A stretch of DNA of 62,983 nt, filler included, from Choristocarpus tenellus KU-1152 (lineage: Eukaryota; Protista; Phaeophyceae): NCBI GenBank assembly GCA_964200185.2. It is 13 parts of 13 records of this genome, joined end to end, with 100 filler letters (N's around TTAATTAATTAA, not from the genome) between each part and the next. Parts side by side here need not be neighbours in the genome. Positions count along the whole stretch, not along the records: positions 1 to 3,705 come from CAXNAD020018412.1; positions 3,806 to 6,617 come from CAXNAD020024542.1; positions 6,718 to 9,357 come from CAXNAD020026044.1; positions 9,458 to 12,147 come from CAXNAD020025623.1; positions 12,248 to 15,984 come from CAXNAD020018225.1; 8 more parts are not named here. The stretch is one strand, 5' to 3'. The notes under the pieces are model-generated. The model worked only from the letters and a program-made list of their open reading frames with translations, did not search any database and was not told the origin of the DNA. Positions 1-12,278 of the stretch are shown here, piece after piece. Position numbers and translations under genes: made by a program. Each line of letters opens with the position of its first letter. Position 1 is the first letter of the stretch.

Positions 1-2036
1 CCCCCCCCAGATATTTTTGCCCTTTAGCAGGCACCCCATTAAGGATGTAGTCAAGCACGAAATTGAGATTGAGGAACTGAGATGTAAACAGTAGGAATTA
101 CTGGTAATTGTGTGTGTTGTTAGGGTTAGTGTAACTGGAGAAACATTTTTTTTCATTTGGTATGGTTGTGTGTCAACTACCAACAGACAATAGTGATGCA
201 ATCTCATACAGAAGAAACATTTTGATTATTTTTCTTATTACATACACACATAAACGTTCTCTAACACTTTGCCAACTATTTCCTGTCGGAAACTTACCAA
301 ACTGAAACTATCAAACCTAGAATAGTCAATCAGTGCCACGAATAACTGACAACCTGATATTTATATCGATTAGTAGCATATTTTTTTTGCTGCGTGTATT
401 CCAATCCACACACACGCCTTTGCAATTATTATTATTACCTTTGGTTGGTAGGACTTATTGTGCTACCTGCGTTTTCTCGCATGTTGAGTTCATTCCTACC
501 CTTCGTTGCACCATATCTTACCTAAAGTCTTGTGTGGGGTATGGTATGAAGAGTGACCTTGAAGTTTACACATCGATCTTCCACTAGTGTAGTTGTCGTA
601 TACTATAGGTACAGATAGTAGTAACATTCACGTGACCAATCTGTTGTGATCGTCAGGTGGGATATTGCGATGTCCAAACCAGATTTACTTGAAAAGAACT
701 GTGGTGTCAAAGTGCGTGGTGGGTGTTCTTCAATCCTTCCCTGAACCGAACCAACACATGTAACAGACGAAAGTAAGTAGTAGTATAAATAGTCTGATTA
801 TTATTCGGTTCCCAAAACACCATTTCATATTATCAATAATATTATTATTATGCCCTCTGACATTTTGCAGATGTGTCAGGGGGAAACCAATGAAAACTAT
901 ATAAATATNNNNNNNNNNCGTGGAAACCACTAATCAGTTACTTCACCACTATCAAATATTGTACTACTGTCGATAATATATATACTTGGTGTACCAATTA
1001 TCTATTAGCCACGCACAACAAAAAATGATGTGGTGTGGAAGATGGGAAGACCAAAAAAGAAGCAATAAGCGCATATGTATAACTTAATTGTATAAATAGA
1101 TCAGACGATTATTGTGATGGATGGGGGGTTGAGCACTTTATACCAGAAAGTTCCCGATCTGTTTTATACAAGTATCAAAATGTTCTTCTTTTGTGTGATT
1201 GGTAGTGAGTTACGATATCGATTCACAAAAGTATATCTAGTAGTTTATATTAAGTATACCAGAGGAACAAATCGTTAGGAACTGTAACTTCAGAGAAAGG
1301 AAATAATGCTTTTCATTACACCATTTTTTTAAATAACTCTTCAACCAACTTCCAGAATACAACGATTATAATTTATTACTATATAGTACATGTATTCCAA
1401 TTTTTCAATAAGGGATCCGAAACTTCTTTCTCATTCTACGTTTAGGGTCATAAATGATAGAGCTTAAATATATGTGGATTGTTGTTGGATTGCCTGTTCA
1501 AACGTTTTGTGCATACTTTAAAGAATACATCACCTTATTTTTTTGTATTCATTTCTATTATGTTCAAACGTAACACATATATCACCCCTCTCCTATCCGT
1601 TTGGGGATAACAACGGGAAACTGCAAGCCGTTACGGTAATGGGCACAGAAAAAAATTGTTCGGTGTTCGTTCGTTCACATTTGAATATTGAAAAACACTT
1701 GGCTGCCTCGACATCCCACACACAATACCATTCACAAATCAATCACATCACCTTGCACACCCCGCGACAATACCTCAGACTTACATCGCCATCCCTTCAC
1801 GCAATAGCGATAAGACTCAAGATGTTCAAGATTGTCACACAGGGCAAGAAGTGAGCGGAGAACTTTCTTGTGTAGTGTCCCCGCGAGCTTTGTCAGCGTG
1901 CAGTCTTGCAGCCCGCAAAACCTCGCAAATGACATATTATGGGTCAAAGCGGTTGACCAGGTCATATCTCATACTCACAGTTGATATCTAGTCCTCATCC
2001 TCCAGCCCTTCTGTCGATCTGTTCTGTCCGCGCAGG

Positions 2037-3342
2037 ATGAAGGCGACATTCGTTAGCATCGCTGCACTGTTGGCGCTGGTTAACTTGTCTGAAGGGCATC
2101 TGTACCTCATGGAACCAGCAAGTCGATCCTTTTATCACACCAACGCTTTCGAGAAAAGGTGAGCATACTGCAGGAGTAGTGTCATAATGAAGTTAATAGA
2201 GTGCTCCAGTGGAAATTCGAGCCAAGATCGGTACATAGATGCACGCGACAAGGTGTGTTGTTTGTGTATTGCCTGCCCCTCTTGCCGTGTTTATATGGCC
2301 TGCATATCAAGTCCCTAACTCTCCTTCCCTTACCCACACCCGAATGACCAGTCCCGGTCAAGCTATGGAGCATTGCCCTCACTGCTTCCAGGCAGGAGGA
2401 GTGGCTTCAGTAAGGTCTCGTGGTGAGAAAAAGACCGATCCAGTGTGGCTAGAGTCGTATGGTGCCGGGAAGTGGCCTCTCAAGTACCTGTACGACGATG
2501 GGATGGTGGCTGACAATGGTAACTACCTGGAGCCCGAAGCGATATCCGTCAGGCATGGTGTGTGTGGTGATCCAGCCCAGGTGAACTTCCATGCCCGTTG
2601 TCGAAAGTACGAGAGTGCACCAATCCTTTGTTCCTCTTCCGGAACACAAGTGATGTCTCGGCCTAATGACCTAAACAAACCACCTACTAGCCCCTGTAGC
2701 TAACATCGTCTGCTTGGTTCCTCTTTTTCAACGAAGGGAGAGCCCGATAATGACAACCGTTATGGAATCGCCAACTCGGAGTTCCCCGTTCTAGAAAACT
2801 ACGAAGAGGGATCAATAATCGAGATCAAGACGGTCACCAGCACCTACCATTGGGTGAGTCCATCAGACATCTACCTGAAATTTAAGTGATCGTATTGTAC
2901 ATCGACGTTCAAAACTGGTTAACATATGACATCCTTAAAGTGAGGCTCATATCAACAAGTTGTAAATAGAGCTCTTAGGAACCCAACTGAAGACAACTCA
3001 AGCTGGAACCCACCATCACTGCCACCCACTCTCAAAACACCTTTTCTCAGGGGCATATCGAGTACTTCATCTGTGATGCCAAGGATCTCGACGATCCCAA
3101 TGGTAAGGTGACCCAGGAGTGCTTCAACAAGTATCCGCTCTCCCGTGCACCTGATGACGGGGATGCAAGCCCCATCGATCCAGCTCATGCTGGTCGCTAT
3201 TTGCTTGATCCTTCGTGCAGAGAAAACGAGACGGATCAGACACTTAGTCCTTCGAGTGCCTACAAAGGCCAAGTCTCTACCATGCGTTACGTGCTTCCAG
3301 CTGGTCTCACGTGCGATCGCTGCATCTTGCAGATGGTTTACT
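2037..3342 (+). CDS. Secreted lytic polysaccharide monooxygenase, AA15-like (chitin-bind_3 fold), 3' partial. Exons 2037-2158, 2352-2580, 2737-2853, 3051-3342; possible extra 5' exon 1822-1850 spliced to 2036
   Basis: Phase-consistent GT-AG splicing gives signal peptide MKATFVSIAALLALVNLSEG followed by His1 (HLYLMEPASRS), then CPHCFQAGG, GVCGDP, YEEGSIIEIKTVTSTYHWGHIEYFIC, VTQECF and LPAGLTCDRCILQMVY, matching AA15 motifs. The last exon(s) are lost at the contig end. Confidence 0.88.
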
Positions 3343-3627
3343 GTGAGTATCTGCTGTGAGGTGGTGGGGGGGTGAGGGGAAAGTACGTTTTATTTACTAT
3401 TGATCATTAATCTGTTGTGTGGTTCAATAGTGTATAGGGGGGAAAGTTGAGGCCTTCATAGTCTGCGTGTGGCATCATTTCAAACAATTCATTATTCCTT
3501 TCCACAATCCCTTTTCAACTTTCCACTCGGGGTCAACAGTATTGTGACATTTTCAATATATGGAATTAGATATACTGCCAGTTACAACCGTAGTGCTCCC
3601 AAAACACCCTTTTCATTGTTCTCTCAA

Positions 3628-3705
3628 GACCCAAAGTATTTGAGGGGGGGTGGCGGCTGTCCATTTGGGGTCAATTTTTTCATGCCGCCATTTTTGGGTG
3701 ATTTG
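3628..3705. mobile_element. MITE family A or variant truncated at a contig end. Similar stubs at 1-22, 9315-9357, 12248-12263, 23023-23093, 23194-23242, 54467-54608, 60266-60329, 62923-62983
   Basis: Each shows the CAAAGTATCT/AGATACTTTG terminus (some with 1-2 mismatches), usually next to a G or C tract, and runs into an N-linker or window end. Confidence 0.85.
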
Positions 3706-3805
3706 NNNNNNNNNNNNNNNNNNNNNNNNNNNNNNNNNNNNNNNNNNNNTTAATTAATTAANNNNNNNNNNNNNNNNNNNNNNNNNNNNNNNNNNNNNNN
3801 NNNNN
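3706..3805. other. Synthetic contig linker N44-TTAATTAATTAA-N44 (stops in all six frames). Also at 6618-6717, 9358-9457, 12148-12247, 15985-16084, 23094-23193, 29069-29168, 38701-38800, 44103-44202, 54367-54466, 56989-57088, 60166-60265
   Basis: Identical 100-bp N-padded TTAATTAATTAA block occurs 12 times. Genes are cut off at these positions. Confidence 0.97.
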
Positions 3806-3843
3806 GTATCATCTTTGGCCCTTCCCCCCCCTCCCCCCCCCCA

Positions 3844-3889
<46 letters not shown>

Positions 3890-3891
3890 AG

Positions 3892-6145
3892 GTTTGTACC
3901 ATGGAAACAGTCAGACTCCATAAATGGGTGCAAAGTGGTGGGGGTGACAAAGGCAGAGGGCGTGAGAAATTATGGGGAGGAGGGAAGGGACATTCCAGCA
4001 GCTGAATGTGTGAGGTTTGGTAGTATGTCGGTGGCGTTATTGGAATATCGGCGGAGGATTCGGTGGTTCCTCCAAAGCCTTTGTCTGGTTGTTGTTGGGT
4101 TCTGGTGCTGCCGGGCTTTGGTATATGAGATCTACGTTCACACATATGCCTGGCAGGTATGAGAACTGCATTTATTTTATGGTGTAAATATATGCTATTA
4201 TGCCCTTTGATATTTTGCAGATGTGTCTGGGAAAATGAACCCAAAATTGCATTGCTGGGACACTGTAAATGCAACAGTTGCTGTCACTGTATTGCATTTT
4301 CTACTAGATATGTTTTGTAAGTATTATAGTGAGTGACGTCAAATATCAGTAGATAACTAGGGTTAGGGGAAGTATAAAATAAAAGTATTGAGTGACGGCA
4401 GCAACTTGTGTGACATAGTGCATAATGACCCGACAATGCTATTTCAGATTCTATCAGCGGATTATAGCGATGCGATCACCTGTAGTTGTACTATTCCATC
4501 TCAGCACTTCCAGTGGTGATGTGATGTATCATTTGTGCTCATGTCAGACAAGAAACTGTATGAAAATGACGCTTGAGATAGAAGACAAGATTTTGCGCAT
4601 CTTTTGAAATTTCCTTTGGCAGTACTATTTCTGTCAGTTGAAGTGTTCGTTTCCTCTTATTTTCAAAAAATTACACTGAATCCTCTTCGTTTTTGAGGCT
4701 TATTTTTTGGGTGTGAAAAACTTACCTTGAAAGGATCCTCCAAAAAAAGGGGGCACTTTCTCCTCTTATCCCTAACCCGAAATTTAGCCCTTGAATAAAA
4801 GAATCACAACTATGGATTTTCAACTTGAAAGAGCTGTGCTTTATGCCTTCCTGGGGATACATGAAAAGCCTGGAAGTCCATGCCCAACTCATGCCCCTTT
4901 TTAGGTAGGCACTCAAAAACACTCCCTGGAATATATCCTGCATCTGTCTATTGAATCCCATGTGAATGTTTGCCGCTACCATGATCTCATTCCTCCTCGG
5001 GGAAAATTCGATTGAAGAGGTCGGCATTCTCCTGTTTTTCTGCTAGAATTTTCTTCTAGAATTTTCCCAGAGCATCTATATTGCCACTCGCTGCTTGTGG
5101 GCCTGATCTCACGTATGTGTTCACCACTCAAACATGCTTCCACCGGCGGTGTGTATTTTGTTTTGTCTTGAGGAGAAAACAAAGGTTGTCCACACCAGTG
5201 TCCTCTGCATCATCCATTCTCCGAAGACCTGAGCCAGCGCTGTGGCTTTTTGAGACTCTGTGCCGCTGCTCTCCTTGTCCACCCTAACCCTAACCTTCAT
5301 CCACTGAACGTCCTAGCCCCTAACCCTCAAACGAACACGTACCAAGCATGTGTTTGCAAACATGCAAGGGAGGCTTTTTTATTTTTTCTGGAGTATTTAT
5401 CACCTTCGTATTTATTGTATGTGTGTGTATAGAGAGGAGATCGTTTTTCCCTTCTCATTATGAGTGTATTATGAGTGTATTATGAGTGTAATGTGTTTTG
5501 CGTACTCGCACTTAGGCAGACAGTATGCACATTCCTGACTTGTTTGGTGATTGTCCTTTCACTTCTTTGCTGTGCTTGTCGTTGGCGACAGGTTGACACC
5601 CTTGGAAACCTCTGGTGGACCAGGTCAGAGTGCCAGTTCGTTGTTGCTGAAGATAGGATGAGAAGGGCAACAAGAGATGCTGATAATGCCGTGTCTCACT
5701 CGGAATGGAAAGGCGATGGGAAGGTACGAAGAGCTCTGACGTCTCGGGGAAATCCCACATTTCGGAGAGGGCTAGAGGGGGAGCAATGGCCTGACCAACC
5801 CCTGTTGCAAGAGGAATTGCTTATGGGGCAGGGGCAGGACGAGATGAAAGGTGTTTTGGAGGAGCATTGGGCGTTGGAAGAAGTGCCATCGACCCCTGCG
5901 CAGTCATATAGGACTCTGGGGCAACAACGGGGAGCTCTGGAGCAGTGGCAGGGGGAGGGATCTGGATTGGAGCTTGTGGTGGCGAAACAGGAAGAGGGGT
6001 TGGAGTTGGGTCCTGTGAATGTAGATCTGATCTTGGAGTCGGGGTCAGGGGTGGGGAAGCCCCTGGGGGAGGGGAAGCAGGGACTGAGTGAAAAGCTCAA
6101 GTTTGGGATTGTGCTCATCTCAGACGACAACATGTGGCCCCACAA
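3892..6145 (+). CDS. Partial type II membrane protein, possibly a Golgi glycosyltransferase (exons 3892-4156, 5592-6145)
   Basis: Polypyrimidine/CAG acceptors and GT donors in phase 0. Basic stretch then a hydrophobic helix (RRRIRWFLQSLCLVVVGFWCC), an acidic stem, then KFGIVLISDD. Enzyme class is inference. Confidence 0.55.
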
Positions 6146-6349
6146 GTGAGGTTCATTTGTTTTGTGTGTTACTATATATTTCGAAGAACATGGTATATAG
6201 CTGAGACTGTTGATGGAATAGGACTCTCCGTGGGTACGATAGTTCATGATGTGGGATGATGCCTGCTGGTGGGAAGGAAGGAAGGGAGGGAGGGGGGCGA
6301 GGGGGTCACATTTTTGTGTCCTGTACAAAGAAGTCTTTTTATGTGTTTA

Positions 6350-6552
6350 AGTATGATTCTAAGGAGGATAACAATGATCCAACCCTAACCCTTGCACCCA
6401 GCTCTTTCTTTTTCTTAAGCGTACATTGGAGTCGTTTGAGGGTTAGGGTGTGGTCGAATTTAGGTGTCATGTACAAACTCTTTGCCGTGTGCCTAGTATG
6501 ATTCTAAGGAGGATAACAATGATCCAACTCTAACCCTTGCACCCAGCTCTTT
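6350..6552 (+). repeat. Direct duplication of about 58 bp (AGTATGATTCTAAGGAGGATAACAATGATCCAAC..CCCTTGCACCCAGCTCTTT), copies at 6350 and 6495
   Basis: Two near-identical copies read directly in the intron. Confidence 0.85.
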
Positions 6553-6936
6553 TTCATAAGCATAAATTAGAATGGGGGGGGGGGGGGGGGCCATTTTTTT
6601 TAAATGATTTGGTTTGTNNNNNNNNNNNNNNNNNNNNNNNNNNNNNNNNNNNNNNNNNNNNTTAATTAATTAANNNNNNNNNNNNNNNNNNNNNNNNNNN
6701 NNNNNNNNNNNNNNNNNGTGTAACAAACGTTTGCACTTCGTTGAAATATAAGAAGAAATACTCGCTCTATTCGCCTGTAACAATTATACACAGCCAAAAA
6801 TGCACTCACCGTGAATCTAGGTATGCCATCGTCATGTCGCACGCAGGCAACATAATATTGCAGGTAAGAAAACATGTTGTGAGAAGGAGAGGAGCGAACG
6901 CAGAAGCACAATGAGAAATAGGTTTATTGCATACCA

Positions 6937-7400
6937 AGAGAAACAGAACGCTATAATAAACAAGAGTTGTTGACCCCAGACCTCATTATCATTGGCAAAA
7001 CCATACATGAGTTGTTGCTCCCTATACACCTATTATTAAAAACTTCACTTCTAACCATCGAACAACCACAAAACAAGCGCAAGGAGGCATGATGTAGTAA
7101 ACGTACAGTACATACTATTTTAAATGATCAACAGCTCTTTATCCATCTGTGATACTGCTGCTGTACTACTAATACAATTGGTGCTGTGTGGTGATGTGTA
7201 TGTTTGCTACTATCCGTCCCTCCTGCATGTGTCTTCCCAGTTCATCATCAGAAGAGAGAGGAACGCATAAATAACCAACATAATACATAGGGCGATAAAC
7301 TATCAGAACAAGGCAAGGCTATCTTCCACACGTACCTCCTCCCTAGCTGCCCATAGCTGCCTTGGGTGCTGCCCACCCTTGGCTACTGCTTCGGTTTCCT
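6937..7400 (-). CDS. Possible exon pair of an unknown gene or relic (..QLWAAREE | VYREQQLMYGFANDNEVWGQQLLF..)
   Basis: GAG|GTACGT donor near 7337 and TAG|GTG acceptor near 7029 join in phase 0. No recognisable domain. Confidence 0.25.
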
Positions 7401-7926
7401 CATGACGATTGTTGTTTGTGATTTGGGCAAGGTCAGTTACACCTTGACGGCACCCCCACACCGCGACTATCACTAATTATTTTGCGATTTGGATGACGTA
7501 CACCTTGAGAAAGATTACCCTAATAGCGAACATTCCTTTGCTGTTTGGACAAGATTAGGTGAATGCACTTTGAGTGGAAATAATCTCGGAACGTGAAAGC
7601 CATCTTCTTTCTATTTAGAAAAGATCAAGTACAACTTGACAAAATGGTCTGGAAACGTCCTCACACTCACATTTACTCTACTCATAAATTTAGGTGGACG
7701 TTAAAGGACTCGATTTTGTACGGCTTTCAGAATATCTTGAAAATCTCCAAATATGTGCTAGATCCATCTTTGTCCATTCACTGTTAAGTATTGCACTGCA
7801 ATTTCAACTCTGTGTGGGGGATTTATTTGATGATGGTGATGTAATGTTAATACTATGCAATATGTGGAGCATGTTTTCCCTTGTTATACCGTTATTGAAG
7901 TATGTCATATACCGTTATACCGATTG

Positions 7927-9165
7927 AGGTTTCCTGGTCAAGAACCCCCGTTTGCAGTGGAGGGTCTTATGAATGAAGATAGAAGGGGGGAGCCCGACAG
8001 TATGAGCCATTAGCGCATCCAAGCTCCTCCACCTTTTTACTGGCCTTTTGCTGGCCAACTATAGAAAGTTCTCGAGGGAGAAAAGTTTTGCCCGTGTAGC
8101 GTCAGGGAACGTCCAGGAGTTGGTAGCATGACTATTGGAACGATCCCAGGGGAACAGCAGACGTCAGGAGTCCCCTGGATATTACCCGAAATCCCACCAG
8201 GAACAAGCTGCAGCGCTTGGCCACATCATGGAGGTATCTCCAAGGGAACGAGCGTTCTCCTACCACAGCCCATAGCCCCAGGGACAGAAGAGGCTTTTAG
8301 AGTACTGGTACCAGTTCCTAAGCACCCGAATAAGAATCCATATGAGGTTAGGTAAGCCATAATGGAAGCAAACGATAGGGTGCAAGGAGATACAGGGTCT
8401 GGGGAACACGTGTACTGCCCTCCTGAGCGGGAGTACACCTCCATCTCCCTGTGGACAACCTTCATGAGAACAAACAGCAAGTCTGTTCCAGGCCCCGATG
8501 GGATGCGCCCCAGCCAACATTCGGTCATCACGACAGATGTTGTTGGCCATGAAGAAGTGGCGGAGGCGTTTGCTAAGCTTTGGAAACTAGCCTACACGTC
8601 CCCGGACTCCTTACCTCCGGAATTATGGAAGCTTCACACCACCTCCAGACTGTCCGCAATTGGAGAGAAGTGTCGCCTGGTTGCCCGTGGCTCTTTCTTT
8701 AGAAAGACATGTGCCTCAGCCTTCTGGGCAGACTGGCGCCCCAACCTAGAGGAACATTTCGCCGGAATGGGGCAGTTCGGCGTAGGGGTACCAAATGGGG
8801 TGGAGTGTCCCCTACTAGAAATTCGCCTAAGGAATGAGGATGGCGAATGGATAATTAGTGTAGATGGAAGAAACGCCTTCAACAACATACACTGCTTGGC
8901 CTTCATTGAGGGTCTCCCTGAGACACTACCAGGAATCTTATCCTACTTGTCCAAGGTGTATGGAGGCACCCATGAACTTCTTTTCCCTCTGGATGAGGGA
9001 GTGATGAAGATAATGCCATCAAGGTCAGGGGCACAAGAAGGGGACCCCCTTGCCCCCCTCTTATATTGCATGGCAACCACCAAAGCCCGACAGCGGGTCC
9101 TGTCTATCTTTGAAACCTAGGAGGTCTCCTTCCGAAGTTATCTGGATGACATTGTTGAAACCTGA
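7927..9165 (+). mobile_element. Degenerate non-LTR retrotransposon reverse transcriptase, CRE-clade-like
   Basis: ORF 8362-9120 has PGPDG, QFGVGVPNGVE, SVDGRNAFN and GAQEGDPLAPLLY. The catalytic YLDD (9139-9150) is in frame just after a TAG at 9118-9120, so the copy is inactive. 5' boundary approximate. Confidence 0.85.
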
Positions 9166-10562
9166 ATCGAATGAAGTGTGCTTTCGTGTGCAATGGCAGT
9201 TTGTGGTGAAGGTGTGCCATGGTGCTACAAAGTACCGGTGAATGTGTTCTGTTGAAACTGAAGTCACGGCTTCCTCAGTCAGAAGATGCATGATGTGAAG
9301 TTGAGGGTCTTCCTGACCCAAAGCATCTGGGGGGGGGGGGGGGGGGGCTTTACCAGGNNNNNNNNNNNNNNNNNNNNNNNNNNNNNNNNNNNNNNNNNNN
9401 NTTAATTAATTAANNNNNNNNNNNNNNNNNNNNNNNNNNNNNNNNNNNNNNNNNNNNCAGGGCCTTCCCTCAGCCTCTGCTCCGCCATCCCTTCCTGCTC
9501 TCACGAGCCACCAGGGGTGCCATTGTCTACCAATGTAGACGCGAGAATCGGTCGAGGTTGGGCATTAATGATACCCCCCTCATTACCTCCATCAGTTGTC
9601 GTGCTTAAGGTTGCCTTCTTCCCTTTCCTTGTAGCCGACTTCTCCTTGCGGTTGGCTTTAGATGTGGCAGTAGGTGTAGGAGTGGTAATGTCAGACATAA
9701 TGTGGCGTGAGTGAGCCCCCTTGAACACTAGGCGTGAGTACCACTGTGGAAGTGTCAAAGAAGGTGCCAAGTTCTCTGCTCAAGGGGGCAATCACAATCA
9801 CCGGACTAAAATCTTTCACCTCAGAGGGTGAGACCGAGTTTCAAAGGTCTTGGCTCAACATCTCAGAACAGATGAGGAAATGCAGAACAGAACAAAACCC
9901 TTAAAACACAACAGATATTCCCGAATGACTGAGAAACGTCACAGCAAAGAAATGGATCAGTCAGAATCGGAATGTTCTGCGTTCTGACAGTCCATTTTGA
10001 CTGTTTGGTCAAATCCGGATCTTATGGATGTGGTGGTTTATTAGACTGGTCGGTATGGATGAGCTCAAATGACGTGGTTGACGCGCGCAATTGTATATGA
10101 CCGCGCGTCTTATGCACAAGTGTTTTTGTCGGAGATCCCAAAAAAGGAACCTGTCCCTGACAATTTACTTATCTTCTTAGTTCTGTTTCCACCACCATTT
10201 TGTTCATTTATTCCATTTTTTCCATTTTTGTTGCTCCCATTATTTACCGACTTTTTTATTTTTGTAACTTCTTTTTTTTATTTTTCAGTTTCCATTCTTG
10301 TTTCCATCATTATCCATCAATTTTTTATTTCCTTTCTGTTTATTTCTCCTTTTTATTTTTATTTATTTTTGTTTTCGGTCATTGCCTGTTTTGCACACTA
10401 GCAGCCTTGGGTATGCTTTGAGTCTGGGGGGCATAAGACAGGCAATAATCTTATGTTTAGTAGGTCATGAATAATAGAAGTCTATTCCTTGATAGCACTT
10501 GCATTTGTAACTGGGAAGATCGGAACAGAGGACCCATTAATTCTAGGCCTAATCAGAACTAT

Positions 10563-11010
10563 ACACTTTGTAACTTTTGAAGGTCAAATTCAGAAACAAG
10601 TGTATACTCGGATTAGCCCAAACACAATTTGACTGAGATTGTATCCTGTGACCTTGTGGACAGACACTACAAAGAGAACATGGATATAAATGAATCACAT
10701 TTGTGATTAGGGATACCAGAACTGGGGACATATATATTTTAGGTCATGTCAGAGACTTGTAGTTTGTAACCTTTGAAGGTGTGTTTCAGAAAGAGCAAGT
10801 GCATACTCAGATTAGGGCAGATGCAAACTGACTCTGATGGTATTCTGTGACCCCTGGGACGGATTTTCCCAAGAAAAACAAGGATATTTGTTTATCTACT
10901 TTGGACCTAGTTGGAGTTACATTTTTTAATTGAAGGTATATACTCTGATTTGGTCGGACATGTATTGATTTTGACTGTGTCTTACGACTTTTAGGGATCC
11001 ATTCTCAAAA
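10563..11010. repeat. Degenerate tandem repeat, 2-3 units of about 170-200 bp (TTGTAAC.TTTGAAGGT...TATACTC.GATT)
   Basis: Alignable units start near 10567, 10763 and 10925. Confidence 0.55.
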
Positions 11011-11587
11011 GAAACTAGGAGATATGCCGATTATTGTTGGAAACCACCGGTTAATTTGGGAGTGGAGTCCCTGTGTTGGAAGCAACTGGAAAATTTGGAA
11101 CTGGACTCCTCTGTCATTCAATGGCAATCAAATACATGTTACCGCAGCGTATATCTGCGGTGATGGATGATATTTATTGTCTTGATCCGTGACAATCACC
11201 TGTGGTAAGGCTGTGAAACATGTATTCCTAATTCACGCTGGGGGGCAGGTTACAGGCGAATAGCGTAAGTATTATTTCCAGCGTTCTAACAAGTGCAAGC
11301 AACGTACAAGCGTGGGGAACTTCATGAAGGGAAACTCCGATTTGCTAAAGGTTGCAGAGTAAGATCTGTAACTTGAGAATGTATGCAACGATTTCCTTTA
11401 TTTGGTTTTGTTGTCTCCTCAGATGGTCTTGGGGCGCTTTCACCACCTCCTAGCTTGGGGAAAGGGACTGGCATGATGGCATCTGTGGCTCCAAGGGAGG
11501 CACCATACACCTCCAATCGTAACCGAGTGGTCTCTGACCGCCGTATTATAGACGTTGCCTAGGTAGATATTTCTCGCCACTCGTACA

Positions 11588-12147
11588 CTAACAATTCTTG
11601 GGGGGGTTCTGTGTGTCATGTTGTTCTTTTATTTCCCAGGTTCGCAGACAAACCTTCAGAAGGAACAGGTGTGTGCTCTGACCAGGCTGAGTACAACTTG
11701 AGTGTGACTGTATCCAGAACGAGCATAGTTCTTGACAAGTGCAGCAAATGCTTCGCTCGGAGATTTGTACGTCGGCACGATGTCCAATGCAGGTCCTGCT
11801 GTCGCCTCCTGAAATCCATTTATCGCATACATCGTTGCATGGTGAGGATATGGGTCCACACCTGTCGAGGAATACGCCAATGATAATAACCTCAGATGTT
11901 CCTTCGTTGTCAGTGGCTCCCTCCATCCAGATGAGCGAGCATGTATAAGAAACGTTTTCCTCCACTTCCTCCACGTTCCTGGCTCCCCCTTGAACGCGGG
12001 TTGTTTTGAGGAGTATTGTTTTAACTTAGGTACAAATACGGGTCTAGCCCCCATGGGCACCGTATCTCTAGCCCCAACCCCAACCTCGCCCCCTTGCACG
12101 GCTGATGTCCCATCTTGAATCTCACCCCCCCAACGGGTCATTTACTG
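11588..12147 (-). mobile_element. Ty1/Copia gag fragment
   Basis: ORF 11656-12141 (FKGEPGTWRKWRKTF..HLRL..SPSEAFAALVKNYARSG) aligns by eye with the gag at 48593-49423 (FAMFERKF..HIRL..SPSEAFQALRNHFRKSG). Confidence 0.7.
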
Positions 12148-12278
12148 NNNNNNNNNNNNNNNNNNNNNNNNNNNNNNNNNNNNNNNNNNNNTTAATTAAT
12201 TAANNNNNNNNNNNNNNNNNNNNNNNNNNNNNNNNNNNNNNNNNNNNCCAGATACTTTGACCCATTTTAACGGTTCAC

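Noticed and set aside
5696-6328. Long antisense ORFs (for example 5696-6328, 50670-51320, 51325-51867, 60490-60882)
   Set aside because: They are shadows of real sense-strand exons or TE ORFs and have no independent motifs.
9118-9120. Stop-codon readthrough or alternative genetic code before YLDD
   Set aside because: The element has other stops and frameshifts, and host genes here end normally in TAG.
9458-9780. Lys/Thr-rich ORF 9501-9770 as a gene
   Set aside because: Short, cut by a stop near the contig end, with no recognisable domain or splice support.
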